The notes under the pieces were generated by a model. It did not search any database and was not told where the DNA came from. It saw only the letters and a program-made list of their open reading frames with translations. A stretch of 62,599 nt of DNA, counting the filler, from Kipferlia bialata (lineage: Eukaryota): assembly GCA_003568945.1 (NCBI GenBank). It is 5 parts of 5 records of this genome, joined end to end, with 100 filler letters (N's around TTAATTAATTAA, not from the genome) between each part and the next. Parts side by side here need not be neighbours in the genome. Positions count along the whole stretch, not along the records: positions 1 to 13,785 come from BDIP01000897.1; 4 more parts are not named here. One strand, given 5' to 3'. Below, in pieces: positions 1 through 13,522 of the stretch. A program made the translations under genes and the position numbers. The number at the start of each line of letters is the position of its first letter. Positions within the stretch are counted from its first letter, which is position 1.

Positions 1-109
1 GGTCCACCTCTGGACCATAGCGCACCCCTCTCTCTGTGTCGGCGTGGGGTCCCTCGGGGACGTCACGTCTAAGCACCTTACAGAGGGTAATCTCAGGCAC
101 GGGATCCAT
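1..109 (-). CDS. 5' end of hypothetical protein (MDPVPEITLCKVLRRDVPEGPHADTERGVRYGPEVD...), runs off window start
   Basis: ATG at 109-107 with an open frame to position 1; divergent from the gene at 483. Confidence 0.45.
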   Translation of the reverse strand, partial: MDPVPEITLCKVLRRDVPEGPHADTERGVRYGPEVD

Positions 110-482
110 CTCTGCTGGATATAGTTGTTGGAGAGTGGTTAGAATGGGCCACAAGCCTGATTGAATCAATCAGATTGAATCAGTGATTGATGACTGCTAC
201 AGTTGAAGTAGAGAGGTCAACGGTTTGTGTGTGTAAACCCAGTCCGTATTGCTGAAGGAGAGGGGTCTACCAATGCTCGCATCAACGGTGGTGAGGCCAT
301 CTCTAACAGATGATCATTTGGGTGTGGTGGTCTCTTATCATAAGAGTCATATGTTATTGAGACTATCTCAATTCGGATTTCGGGTAGTTTCCGATTACGT
401 GACCAGGCAACAGTCCCTCTCCAGTGTAGTCTACACGATTATCCTGAGTCAGGATTCCTGACAATCCCTGCTCTACCCACAC

Positions 483-1552
483 ATGCCAGCTGATATGGCA
501 TCTGTTAAGGCTGGCCTGACAGCATGGGTTGCAACCTACGTTGACTGGAACGCCAGGGCTAAGAAGACACTGGCCCAGAAGATAGCAGGATTCTTCAAGC
601 TGTTTGCATTGTCTCTCATCTTCCCTGCTCTGATCCTCGGAAGCAGCTTCGTCATACACGGCCTGAGAAGCCTAGACGAGAAGCTCGACTACTGCGGAGA
701 CATCTATACCGACCCGATCCAGGCCACAGTAGTGAGCTCTTGTATTCTGAACGACAAGGACGGAGTAGAGTGGGAGAACCCCAACAACCCCAACCTTGAG
801 GAGCTTGAGCCTACCCCTGAGCTTCAGTACAGTCACGATCTTGATGGTGAGACGTTGCACTGTGTAGTCACCCTCTCTAGCGGCAGTGACACCTACTGGA
901 TGAGGCCTGCCAATGCTGCATGGTATGTCTACAACTGTAGATGATTGTATATCACTCATGTCACCCAAGTACTCTGCGACTTTGAATATCCTACACGCTT
1001 TTTCTTCTCTGTTCCTCTGTCTCTCTGATCCAGGAATCTTCGTTCTCTTCGGCGTGAGTGTGTCAAGTATTACAGCGGAGACACACTTGACGTCTACCAC
1101 ATAGACCCCCGTGAGTGTGAGGGCCTGGGGCATGACCTGGAGTCCATGGACTCCCCCTGTGCCTACACCCCTGCTGGATACCACAGCCTCTGCCACCCAT
1201 TACGTACCTGGACCTTCTGGAAGTACGTGCTGTGGAGAACATGGTGGGCAAGTACTGCCTACGTTGCCCTCGTAGGCCAGGGCATATACCGCGGAACCAT
1301 GTTCTTTCTCTCCAACGTCTGTACCTCTTCAAGCAGACTCAGAGGATGGCCGTCTGTACCCAGCAGATGGAGAACGAGGGGGACAGCGAGGGAAGCCAAA
1401 AGGAGTTCCTACCACCAGAGGCCGATGGAGCGACCACGCAAGACGCGTACACCCTACCTTCTTCTGAGATTACACGTGTCTTGAACGGCACCCAAACCAT
1501 CATTGTTACCCCTTCGAGTCCTGGGGATATTCAGTTTGAGGAGGGACCATAG
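483..1552 (+). CDS. Spliced hypothetical membrane protein (2 predicted TM segments, Cys-containing luminal loop, acidic tail)
   Basis: Exons about 483-922, 1034-1053, 1105-1316 and 1367-1552 join in frame via GT..AG introns; hydrophobic stretch LFALSLIFPALILGSSFVI. Confidence 0.6.
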
Positions 1553-1701
1553 AGGTCATCACATTGACAGCTGTGTCGTCTTGATGCAAGAAGACACAAC
1601 CCAATATAACCATAGACTGTATTGTATGAGTCAACACTCTTTATTGACCAAGCCAAAAATAATATCCTGCGGATGACAAAGAGAAACATATGTGGGCGAG
1701 T

Positions 1702-4700
1702 CTAAGCCTTCACTCTCCCGCACCCCTTTGGGAATGTGAGGAATCCCCAGTCACGGGATGCCCCAGGAATGTGGTGGGTGGGGACAGGGGGGAGAGAGAC
1801 AGGGGTGGTGAGGGGTATGCCAAAGAGGTGGAACAGGACTCGGGAGGAGTGGCGCCGAGGTCTCACACGGGCTGCAGGTACTACAGGCACCGGGGCTACT
1901 ACTGGAGCTGCTGAGGGCATGGAGACACCACTGGGTGCTGGTACTGACGCATCGTTGACAACAAGGGAACGAGCACCACCCATCTCAATCTGCATACCAG
2001 AGTCCCCCTCCATATCATTGATATCAATGTCCTCCGCTTCCTCGGGTGGTCCCATATCCATGTCAACATCACCACCCATGTCAAAGTCCATGGCCTGCCC
2101 CACACTGCCATCCCTATCCACGCTGTCTGACTGGGGCACCTCCTTGGAGGAGTGATGGGAGGGGGAGTGACGAGAGAGGGAGTGATGGGAGGGGGAGTGA
2201 TGGGAGGGGGAGTGATGGGAGAGGGTGGGGGACTGCCTTGGAGATGGTGACTGCTGGGGTGTACGGGAAGGTGAGCGGGAGAGAGAGCGAGTCTGGTGGA
2301 AGGACTCCTCGGAGAGAGAGGGAGTGCCAGAGCTAGCAGCAATTCTGCTTGCTGTTGCCCACACGCTCTCACTCTCTTCCACTCTCCCACTCTCCCTTCC
2401 GCTCTCTCTCTCATCCGCTCTCTTCCTCACATTCTCTGGTGCCTCAACACCCATAGATGCAGGCATAGAGACAGAGGGTGTGACCTGGGAGGCATGTACC
2501 CTAGTGGCGACAGAGGCAGAGGCAGATGAGGATGTGTCGGCTGAGGAGAACGAGTTGGGTACGGACATCACAGTAGAGAGGGGATGCCTAGCACGGGCAG
2601 GGGTTGCCTTGGGAGGGGTAGAAGGCGCACGTCTCTTAGCTGGATACTCCGGTGCCACACGTGCACTCTGCACCAGACCCCCCCTAGTATATGCTGTGAT
2701 GTCGGAGTGGCACTGACCAAGGGTGGGTGTGGCTAGGCCTAGGGTGGTATCACTATCCACTCTCAGCATGGAGGCAGAGAGCGGCACAGTGGTAGAGAGA
2801 GAGGTGGCAGAGGGGGAGGGGGCAGGGGGATCAGGGGATGGAGCCAGGCCACCCATGGCTAGAGGGAGAGGGTGACGCTCAGACACATGCTCCGTCTCTG
2901 TCTCCACTATAGACTGCTGTACAGAGGGGGCTGATGCAACTGCCGATACAGAAGCTGGGGCAGTGACAGAGACAGAGACGGGGCCCTGCATAGTGGTGTG
3001 TGAGGTAGCAGTGACATGACTAGTCACAGCAGAGGTAGTCTCCACGGGAGAGGGAGACCTATGGGTAGTGTGTGTGGACACTGTCCTAGACCCATGCTGT
3101 GAGGGTAGAGTGGCAGGGGTCTCAGTGGGAGTAGGCGATGAAGGAGCAGGGATGGGTGCTAGAGCAGTAGCACTGTCAGACACGGTGGATGGGGTACGGG
3201 CAGCAGGGAGGGCTGAGCCAGCAACCTTGGTCCTCTCCAGTGTTGCAGTAGCACTACTAGCATCGACACCCACACTCTCACTGTGTCTCTCCTCCTCTCT
3301 CTCCCTGTTCTCTCTCTCCTGCTCCTGTCTCAGTCTCTCCCACTCCTTCTGCCTGGCGGCCTCTCTCTCTCTTTCCCTCGAAAGCCGAGCCTCCTCCTCC
3401 CTGCGGCGCTGCTTCTCAGCCTCCCACGCCTTCTGGCGCTCCTCCTCCTCTCTCTCCCTAATGATTTTGGCCTCACGCAGAGCAGCCTCCTCTCTCTCCT
3501 CTCTCTCTCTCTCCTGCTCATGCTCCGCCTCAGACACCACCAGAGATATGGTGGGGGTGGGGGAGAAGGGGGTGGGGGAGGGGGTCTGACCATGGGTAGA
3601 GAGAGCACTGGTAGGTCCGCTGAGTACACCAGTCTGCGTCACGGCAGTACCACCAGCACCCACTGTGTCACCCCCCACCCCAGCACGGGCCACTGCTGTA
3701 CCAGCAGGCACTGCAGCCTCAACACTAATACCCGAGGCCAGGGTAGGTAGAGTAGAGGGCGAGGGGGAAGGGGAGGGAGACAGCTCCAGCCTGCTGATGG
3801 AGGGCATGGCATCTATCTTCTCGTCCCTGTCCTCTCTCTCCTCTATCACCCTCTCACCCTCTACAGCTGTCTCCACCACCACCACCTCCTCCTCCTCTCT
3901 TACTAGTATAATAGACAGAGCAGGGGAGTTATCCCGTCCAACAGCCTCACCGTCTGAGGCAGCTGGGGTCCCTCCCTCCTGGTACCTCTCCACAGTGGGT
4001 GAGGCCCTGTCTCTGAAGGCATCATACACCGACTGGGACAGGAGGGAGTGGCAGGGGGAGGGGGCACGGGAGGGCGAGACGGACTGGTGTCTAGACCCTG
4101 TGGCAGAGTGAACACCGGACACATCTAGTCTGGAAGAGAGGGGGGCAGGAGGAGCTTGAGTCTCCTTACCCTCTCTCCCCTGACCAGCACCCAGGAGCAT
4201 AGAGAGAGAGGACACCCTGCTCCTACTCCTACTCCTGCTGCCCATGCCCCTAACGCCTATGGCATAGGATGAGACCTGGGTCATGTCTACATGGGTGTCT
4301 AGCTGACTGTGGTGGGAGAGAGAGGGGCTCTGTCTATCCACCTCAGCAGAGGCTCTAGGGGAGGGGGAGAGAGGGACTGGGGAAGGGGACTGACGGGCAT
4401 CACCCCCATCCTCACCCTCTCTCTCTCTCTCTGCACCATTCTCCCCCTCTCCCTCTGCCTGCCACTCAAAGGACACAGGGGCCTGCATAGGCTGGTCGTC
4501 CATATCCATCTCGTCCCTGTCCCCTCCCACATCCTGTGGGACCACAGGAACCCTAGGGCTACGTGTGGGTGTGGAAGGGAGGGACCCCGGCCCCGTACCC
4601 TCTGCACCACCAGGGGAGGCCAGGGGAGAGGGCACTCTAGCACTGGCCCTCTGTCTCCTGGCGCGCATGGCCTGTCTCCTCCTCCTCTCTGGTGTTGGTC

Positions 4701-5451
4701 TTGCCTTGCGCCGCCTCTGCCTGAGCCTAGGGGAGGATATGTACCTCTCCCCTAGCCTGCTGGGCCTGCCAGGGGTGGGGTTTACGACAGAGGGGTAGAG
4801 GCGGTCGGGGGCAGCCCCGGGGACAGGCCTGTGCCGCAGGACTGAGACTAAGGGCTTGTCAGGGCCCTTGCCCTTGGCGATGGTCTTGCCCCTACTCCCT
4901 CTCTGTGTGTTACCACCCTCTTCCCCCCCTGGGAGAGAGAGAGAGGCAGCCCTCTTGGCAGGAGAGGGTGCAGGAGGTGTGGACACTGCGTATCTGGGGG
5001 AGGCAGACCCACCAACAGAGACAGTAGGGGTGGACACGGTGGGGGGCCGTCTGTCCCTGGTCTGGACTGGGGTGGTAGGTGTGTCTAGGTGGGTGTCTCC
5101 GGCGTCAGTGCGTGTGTGCAGCTCATACACCTCAGAGGCAAACTGGACGTGCTTGCTGGGCTCCAGGGTGCTGCCATCGGTGGAGTCTCCGCCACCACGC
5201 ATCATGCTGGAGGTGAGTGGGGAGGGAGTGGGACAGAGAGAGAGAGACTGGAGGTGGGGCGATATGGATTGGGTGTGATGGGTGATGGGTGACAAGGGAT
5301 ACCAGCCTAGCGAAAAGGAACGCTGCTGCCAAAGCAAAGTCCCAATGAAACCATACGAATGAGGTAGAGAGGAATCAGAGGACTAGAAAGGGGGGTATGA
5401 CCCTACATAAGCTTATGGATACCTCTGATACAGGGCACTGAGCGCATTCAT
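1702..5451 (-). CDS. Large low-complexity Ser/Pro/Glu-rich protein with central charged coiled coil; start uncertain (about 5204-5451)
   Basis: 1211-codon ORF at 1702-5337; E/R-rich helix near 3290-3530; no recognisable domain. Confidence 0.7.
2149..2222 (-). repeat. Coding 15-bp tandem repeat encoding (SHHSP)x~5
   Basis: gagtgatgggagggg units on the + strand. Confidence 0.8.
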
Positions 5452-5990
5452 CTCTGCCCTGTCTGCCTATGATGACACAGGGTGTCAGTGTCTATGGAGG
5501 GTACTCAGACACAGTGGAACTACTGCCTCAGGCACCCTATGGTAGAGAAGAGCAGAGGAGGGAGAGGGACTCTGAGACTAGGCGCTCCAGGTTGGATTGA
5601 ATGGGCTTGGATTGAGTCAGCTTGAGAATAGAAGAGTAAGCTCATCCACTAGTCATCCACACTAAGGCCTCACGACAGGCGCTAGCCCTCCAGTGACGAG
5701 TTGGGTTCGTACATGTCATGCTATACAGTGGGTTGTCAGGAGCAGGACGTCAAGGTGATAAACATTGTTTTTGCCTTTGGGAATTCTACTCGAAATGTCC
5801 ATCATTCGTACTCACTTTCACATGTGTCACACGACATATATTGAACAACCATATACCCTAGGGAAACAAAACACTGCGTATCATTCAGATTGGATGTACT
5901 GAATTGCAGTTTGGACTACTAGCACACACATACAGACTCTACAAAGAGAGTCTTCTCTTCATAAACACCAACTTGCCAGGTATAGCACCC

Positions 5991-8900
5991 CTACACCTTC
6001 TTGGCCCTACATGCTGGGCATATACTGCTGTTGGACACACCCCCTGTTTCGAAGCACGCCTCGTGGATTAAGTGCTTGCAGCTGCGGCACCGGACAGTGG
6101 CGTCTGAGAATGCAAACATGTATGGTGGCTGCTGGCATACTCTACAGAGCTGACCCAGCATGGGGCATCTACTGCACGACTGGACGTGTCCTAGCAGTGC
6201 CTTGAGGAGGGAGCCCACCGTGGTGGAGAAGTCCCCCCTGAGCACTGCCTCTATGTCACCCTGGGCCCACATGCGGCACGTGCCCTTGTCGGGTAGGGTG
6301 AGGTGCTCCCCTAGGCCGTGGGAGAGAGTGGCCTGTCTCAGCAGGGCCCTGCCCCCATGATGCATGCACCCATTGAGCACAGGCTGCACCCTGGCCAGCT
6401 GGTGCCGCAGACGCCTCCCCTCTGCAAAGCCATTGTGCCTGAGTAGGGTAGATGGCATGGCCTGTTCGGGGATGGAGGGCAGGGGGCGGTAGGCAGAGAC
6501 GTAGTCATAGGCCGCAGTGCACACTGGCTTTGGGGTGGCATCAAGCAGAGATACCATGCGGGCAGGGAGGGAGAGGGAGAGGGAGCCTGGGGGGTGAGTA
6601 TCTATCCATATCACCAATAGTGTGCGTATTCTGTCCACACTTATCCGTACATATATATATAAGGATGTCTCAATACCTGACATGCACTGTCTGCAGTACA
6701 GCCTTTAGATACCCATGTATATCCATCCATCCATCTATATCTATATCTATATATATATATATATAGATACCTGACATGCACTGTCTGCAGTACAGCCTAT
6801 AGATACCCATACATATACATCTATTCATACATATATATATATCTATATGTCTCAATACCTGACATGCACTGTCTGCAGTACAGCCTATAGATACCCATGC
6901 ACATCCATACATCTATCTATATCTATATCTATATATATAAGGATGCCTCTATACCTGACATGCACTGTCTGCAGTACAGCCTTTAGATACCCATGCACAT
7001 CCACCCATCTATCTATATCTATATCTATATATACAAGCATGCCTCTATACCTGACATGCACTGCCTGCAGTACAGCCTGCCCGTGTACCAGCAGAAGAGG
7101 GGCTTATCTCTGGTCACAGTCATGGACACCCGGCACCAGGGGCACAGGTTGCCCTACAAGTCAGTGTATGCACAAGTTCACGTATTTAATGTAGAATATT
7201 ACAGCATGCCCATACCTGTGCTGCTAGTGCTATGCCCCTGCCCTCGAGGTCCCCTGGCTCCTCATGCACCATAAGGGACAGAGGGGAGGTGACACCCCGA
7301 GACACAGGGGGGCGGAACAGGGCTGGGGGTGAGAATACCAGTATATATTTGTTGCATAGTATAGTATATACATATATGTATACATGTGTGTGTGTGTCAT
7401 ACCTATCCTGGGGTCTGGCACCAAGGGTGTCTGTGCAGGTGGGACAGGGACCGGCTTGGTGTCCCTAGGGGGCTGGAGCAGGATGGCCTCGCTGTCTGTG
7501 AAGTATCTGAAGGCAGCAGGGGGGAAGGTGGTCCCGTCCTCCTCATACTGTACATCCACTGTCCACCCATCCAGGGCACCCTCCGCCATGCTCTGCTCAG
7601 ACTCTCTCTCTCTCTCTCTCTCCCTCTCCCTGTCTCTGTCTGCACTTCCGTCGTGCCCCAGCTGTCTCAGCCTCTCCTGGTGTCTGCTAAGGGCCTCTCT
7701 CTCCACCTCCTCGGCCAGGGACAGGTGGCTGGGGGCCACACTGAAGTAGTTGAGCACGACCTGGGCCTGGGACACCTGGATGGTAAGGATCATGAGCATC
7801 ACTGTAGATATATATGGTACAATGGCTGGGGCGTGCTATTAATACACATACCTTAGTGTAGAGTATGGGGTGGGGCCCTACTAGTGGGTGGAATGGGTGG
7901 GCCTGGGGGGTGGGCAGAGGCACCCTGTCCTGGGCAGCCTCTCTCTTGCTCTCTCTCCTCTCCTTCCCCTTCTCCCCCCCTCTCCTACCCAGCTGTCTAA
8001 CTGGCACCCCAGTCACACTGTGCCTCACACTGTCCAGGAACGACATGATATCCACGTTCCTGTCCCTCACGCTGTCCTCCCCACTGCCCCTGTCCCCGTC
8101 ACTCATGGAGCTATCACCGCTTAGGGACATGTGCCTTCCTAGGGTGCTGTCCCTCCCTAGGCCACCCTCACCCTCACTGTCACTCTGCACATACAGGATG
8201 TCTCTACCGGGGGCAGCGTAGGAGGCCTGGCTGCTGCTCATATGGCGCCTATTGTGAGTACTATCAGTATATACACAAAGGATGTACACGTCTATATAGT
8301 ATACATAACATACCTGTGAGAGTACTCGTCGTGCCTCCTCCCGCCCTGCCTGGGACTGCCGTGCCAGAGAGAGACATGGGCATGGGGGGAGAGGGGGGGT
8401 CTCTCAGGCGAGGGGCTGTCTCTACCTGGGTATGGGAATCCCTCTCCATCGGAGTCCTCTCCCTCTATCTCTCTCTCCTCTCTCTCCCTGTCGCTGAAGG
8501 AGTCTCCGTCCGACAGCACCCTCTCCACGCCTAGCACACCCTCTCTCTCTCCATCCTCATCCCCATCCAGGTCATCTAGGCCTAGGGCACCGTCTCTCTC
8601 CCCCTCTACACCCTGTCTGTGGTGGTGTCTGCTATAGGGCTGCAGACCTCCGTTGGGGTGGTGGGACCCTAGGATGTGGGCAGGGATCAGGGAGGAACCC
8701 TCACTCTCGTCGTCCCCCTCCCTCTCCCTCTCCTCAGCATCCACCATGTCACCACTACCCCCTGCCATGAGTGCAGCCCCCACTGCTGAGGGGCTGAGGG
8801 TGGATGACTGTCTAGCTAGTAGGTTCTGCCACTGGTGGGTCGAGGACTCAGACCCCTCTGACAGGTCAGTGTCTGAGTGGGACGCAGAGTGCGACAGGTA

Positions 8901-11900
8901 CCGGTCACTCCCATCCTCCTCACTCTCCATGGCATCAGCTAGACCGGCTAGGAGGTCGTTGGTCTGCGCCTGGCACCTGGGGTAGGTATAGGGAATCTGA
9001 GAACACCAGAAATATCCGTAAAGTAGTAAGTAAGTACGCAGCATCTACGAGAATATATGCATATAGTAGTGGTGATACCTATAGTGCGACACGTAGTGTG
9101 GCTCGTAGGCCATGACTGGGTTGACAGGGGGTGCCGAGCTGATGACATGGCCTAGACCCAGGGAGCTATCGGGGGTGGCAGACACTGGGGGTGAGGGTAT
9201 ATACAGGGCACACTACGGAATGTGTAATATGACTACGTCTATATATACACTATACCTCCCGGTAGACTGGCCGATGCCAAGAGTGTCTCTGCCAGTGTGT
9301 CTGTCTCCGCTGTCACTCCATCCAGGTCACCCAGGTCACCAAGGGACTCCAGAGACAGCTCAGAGAGAGAGCACACGTCAGACCCCTCGTGTGCTGTAGA
9401 CTCCTCCTCTGCCTCTCCCTCTCCCTCATACTCCTGATGCTCAGACACACCATGCTCTGTGTCTATGACACCCTCTCCAAAGTCGGCACCCATGGGAACG
9501 GACCCGGCCTTGGGGGTCTGGGGGTGAGGGGATGGTGCACATATGTTAACGAGTGTATATAAACGAAGGGTATGTACCTTAGTCTTGCCCCAGAAGAACG
9601 GGAGCTGTGCGAGGGATATTGATGAGAGAGACCCCATGAGGGAGGGTGAGGATGGGGAGGGAGAGGAGGGGCCAGGGTGGGGCCGAGGGGGTGTCTGTGC
9701 CTGCTGAGCCCTGGCCACTGCCATTGATACTGTCTCCCCCTCGGCCTCACTCTCGTCTGTCTCCTCAGACGACGACAGCACTGTCTCTGCCTCACCCACC
9801 GCTGCAGGCGCAGACACAGGCAGGGTGTCCCACTCACGGGCATCCACCCCTAGCTGCCTGGGGTCTAGGTCCAGTCCTGTTCCCTGACCCCTGCTAGGTA
9901 CCTTAGATACCTTAGACACCTTACTGACACTGGGTCTGACTGGGGATGTCTTACCCTTGCCCCGTGTGTGCTGGGGGGACGGGTACACAGCAGAGGTGGT
10001 GAGCCTTGTCTGTTCAGGCTGTGCCTTGAGGCCTGGGACAGACTTGGACATTGTGCCAGTGCTAGTGACACTAGAGGCACCTACCACCTCCCCCTCCACT
10101 TCCCCCTCACTCTCCTCACTCTCACTCTCTGTCCCGTCCAGTCTGTGTCTGAGGGTGGATACACTGGGTACAGTCCCCTCCTCATACACAGTCATGGGTC
10201 TGAGTCCACCGGCCATGTTCACTTCAGTGAGTCTCTCAGCACAGCCCATCACCCTGGGGTTGGGACAGATACACACATACATAGATACATACAATACATG
10301 TTATACTCGCTCACAAATACGATAGGAGTCGAGACACAGAGGAAGACGGATAACTGATAGCTAAACCTGTACCATACTCACTATACTATGAACTATACAC
10401 TATACTGTACCTGTGGTAGAGAGGCATCTCCCTGATGATGCTACCGGGTGAGAAGTGTGTGTTGACCACGTCGTTGTTACAGGGCATGTGCAGACAGGAG
10501 AAGAGCCGCAATAGCATTTTGTCCCTCAGACACATCCTGAGGGGTGAGACAGATAATGAGAGAGAGAGAGACTCCCATTCTTCCTGAAGAGAAGGGGGGA
10601 GGAGGGGGGGGGGTACTGTCCCACTATAGACTAGTGAAGCCAATGGAAAGTGACCTCATTGTACCAATATACAAGGCAACCCACCTCATGAGGACTGAGA
10701 CCTGTCTGTTGTCGATGGTGCTCTGCTTCACAATCTTCAGGTGCTGCTGCAGCTTGGCGTCACCCCTGACATGGTGAGATGGGGTACTCTCTCTCTCTCC
10801 CCATGTGTCTCGGTCTATCTATACTATATCTATACGTACCTGACTGCCGAGACACACTTTGTCAGACACGGCAACTCTCTCTCTGCCTATCTATACCTAT
10901 CTATATATATATGCCTGCCTATCTATCTATCTGGCTATCTATACATGTATGATATGACTGTACCTGACTGCCGACACACTTTGTCAGACACGGCATCTCT
11001 CACATACTATATATATATATATATCTACNNNNNNNNNNNNNNNNNNNNNNNNNNNNNNNNNNNNNNNNNNNNNNNNNNNNNNNNNNNNNNNNNNNNNNNN
11101 NNNNNNNNNNNNNNNNNNNNNNNNNNNNNNNNNNNNNNNNNNNNNNNNNNNNNNNNNNNNNNNNNNNNNNNNNNNNNNNNNNNNNNNNNNNNNNNNNNNN
11201 NNNNNNNNNNNNNNNNNNNNNNNNNNNNNNNNNNNNNNNNNNNNNNNNNNNNNNNNNNNNNNNNNNNNNNNNNNNNNNNNNNNNNNNNNNNNNNNNNNNN
11301 NNNNNNNNNNNNNNNNNNNNNNNNNNNNNNNNNNNNNNNNNNNNNNNNNNNNNNNNNNNNNNNNNNNNNNNNNNNNNNNNNNNNNNNNNNNNNNNNNNNN
11401 NNNNNNNNNNNNNNNNNNNNNNNNNNNNNNNNNNNNNNNNNNNNNNNNNNNNNNNNNNNNNNNNNNNNNNNNNNNNNNNNNNNNNNNNNNNNNNNNNNNN
11501 NNNNNNNNNNNNNNNNNNNNNNNNNNNNNNNNNNNNNNNNNNNNNNNNNNNNNNNNNNNNNNNNNNNNNNNNNNNNNNNNNNNNNNNNNNNNNNNNNNNN
11601 NNNNNNNNNNNNNNNNNNNNNNNNNNNNNNNNNNNNNNNNNNNNNNNNNNNNNNNNNNNNNNNNNNNNNNNNNNNNNNNNNNNNNNNNNNNNNNNNNNNN
11701 NNNNNNNNNNNNNNNNNNNNNNNNNNNNNNNNNNNNNNNNNNNNNNNNNNNNNNNNNNNNNNNNNNNNNNNNNNNNNNNNNNNNNNNNNNNNNNNNNNNN
11801 NNNNNNNNNNNNNNNNNNNNNNNNNNNNNNNNNNNNNNNNNNNNNNNNNNNNNNNNNNNNNNNNNNNNNNNNNNNNNNNNNNNNNNNNNNNNNNNNNNNN

Positions 11901-12502
11901 NNNNNNNNNNNNNNNNNNNNNNNNNNNNNNNNNNNNNNNNNNNNNNNNNNTAGTTGTATACATACTGTACCTGACTGCCGACACACACTTTGTCAGACAC
12001 GGCATGACCTGCCACTTCTTGTTCTTCTTCCAGCCCAGGGTGAAGGCACACCCATGGTGCAGCACCTCCCCTAGACACTGCACGAGACACGCTACCTGAC
12101 ATATCAGCATCAGACACATCGGTGTTCACATATACTATTATAGTACTGCACTACAATATACACTATACATACCTCCAGCCCCCCTCTCTCCTTGGCGTCT
12201 CCATACCCCTCTGGGGGCACATTGGCCTCTATGTAGCTGACTGCAGTGTCAAGGTCTGACAGGAGCTGCAACGCCCGCGCCGATGGCACTGAGGTAAGGG
12301 ACAGATGGGTGGACGAACAGTGTACACTGATCATACAAACACACTGCAAAGAGGTTGGTGCCCTAACAAAGTCCAGACTCACGCAAGAATGTCACATACT
12401 ACATCACATGTACTCTGTGAAGGGCGTATTGAGAGAGGAGTAGGGAGTAGTAGGGTGCAAGACACAATTGGAGGACTACCACGTACCAGGCCCGCTGGCC
12501 AT
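5991..12502 (-). CDS. RUN-domain + Rubicon-homology (zf-RING_9) protein, Rubicon/PLEKHM1/DEF8 family; multi-exon, spans a sequence gap
   Basis: C-terminus has CPWC..LFCWYTGRLYCRQC..LPARMV..HVQSCSRC..GQLCRVC..VRCRSCKHLIHEACF..CPAC (RH domain). N-terminal exons LLSDLDTAV / CLVQCLGEVLHHG / RMCLRDKMLLRLF..HFSPGSIIRE resemble a RUN domain. First exon MASGP (ATG at 12502) splices in frame. Confidence 0.75.
6674..7080 (-). repeat. About 94-bp tandem repeat: 5 copies of exon 3' end (GGCTGTACTGCAGRCAGTGCATGTCAG) + GT donor + TA-rich spacer
   Basis: tacctgacatgcactg starts at 6674, 6768, 6856, 6952 and 7048; the last is the true exon. Confidence 0.9.
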
Positions 12503-12930
12503 TCTTCAAGGACCTGGTCCTCCAACCACGTCTCCTCTAGGCTAATAACAGGTGTATCCGGTGTCGCACACTAGGGGAAGGCAGCTTGCCACAATTAGTT
12601 CACCCTGCTAGCGTCGATTGAAGGGAGTGACTGTGGTCTGGGTGGTCAGTGTTTTTGCTTTGGTAAAAGGGTGTAGGGTATCATTCTGGTGTTCAGAGTG
12701 ATCCTGGTCAGACTGCCTTTTTGACTGCAGCACAGAGAGCAATCAGCACCCATTATCCAATAGAGACTTCGAAATGAACGCAAATGTCTATTTGATTTGA
12801 TATAATTAAGTTATTGTAGACGGGGCACATCATGCAATGATTATGCCCCCACTCTCGCCACTCGGCAGAACACCTCCTGTCGCCTCTGTCTCTATACACC
12901 CTGTATCACTAAGCAGGGAGGGCAGACGCC

Positions 12931-13480
12931 TTATGCCTTGACCTTCTTGATCGTACCGATGGCCACGGTGGCGTCCTCAGCACGCAGGATGAAGCGTCCA
13001 AACCTACACGTGAGGAACGAAAAACACAAAGAGGGATATAGTACATATAGATAAAGACTATAGGTATACCTCTGGTGGACGCTCTTCTTGTCGAAGGCCT
13101 CGAGGCACACGGGCTTGGCCAGCTCGATGGTCACGGCACAGGAGGAGCCGGGGGTCACGAAGCTGGGCTTCTTGGTGACAACAGCACCTGGAGTGAGGGA
13201 GAGAGAGAGAGAGATGAGAGCACAATACTGTGCTTATGCCACTCATACCTGTCTTCTTGTCGAGCTTAGCCAGGAGGTGAATACTACATACATAGAACAC
13301 TATCATATACATATACATATGTATAAGTACCTGTCTTCTTGTCGAGCTTGGCCAGGATGTGCTTGATCTTGCACTGGCACTGCACGGCATGGGAGTGGAA
13401 CACAAACTCAGACCCGCTGGAGATGACGTTCTTGGCCTCCATGATCATGAGGGTGGAGGTGAAGGAGGTGCAGTGCTGGG

Positions 13481-13522
<42 letters not shown>

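Noticed and set aside
6674..7080. CRISPR-like array (about 30-nt repeats with spacers)
   Set aside because: Eukaryotic intron; the repeat is the adjacent exon end, spacers are similar TA-rich sequence, and there are no cas genes
10741..12129. Long ORFs of 300-450 aa over 10741-12129 (also 32109-33041 and 44493-46121)
   Set aside because: Artefacts of translating through N gaps or antisense to TSR1
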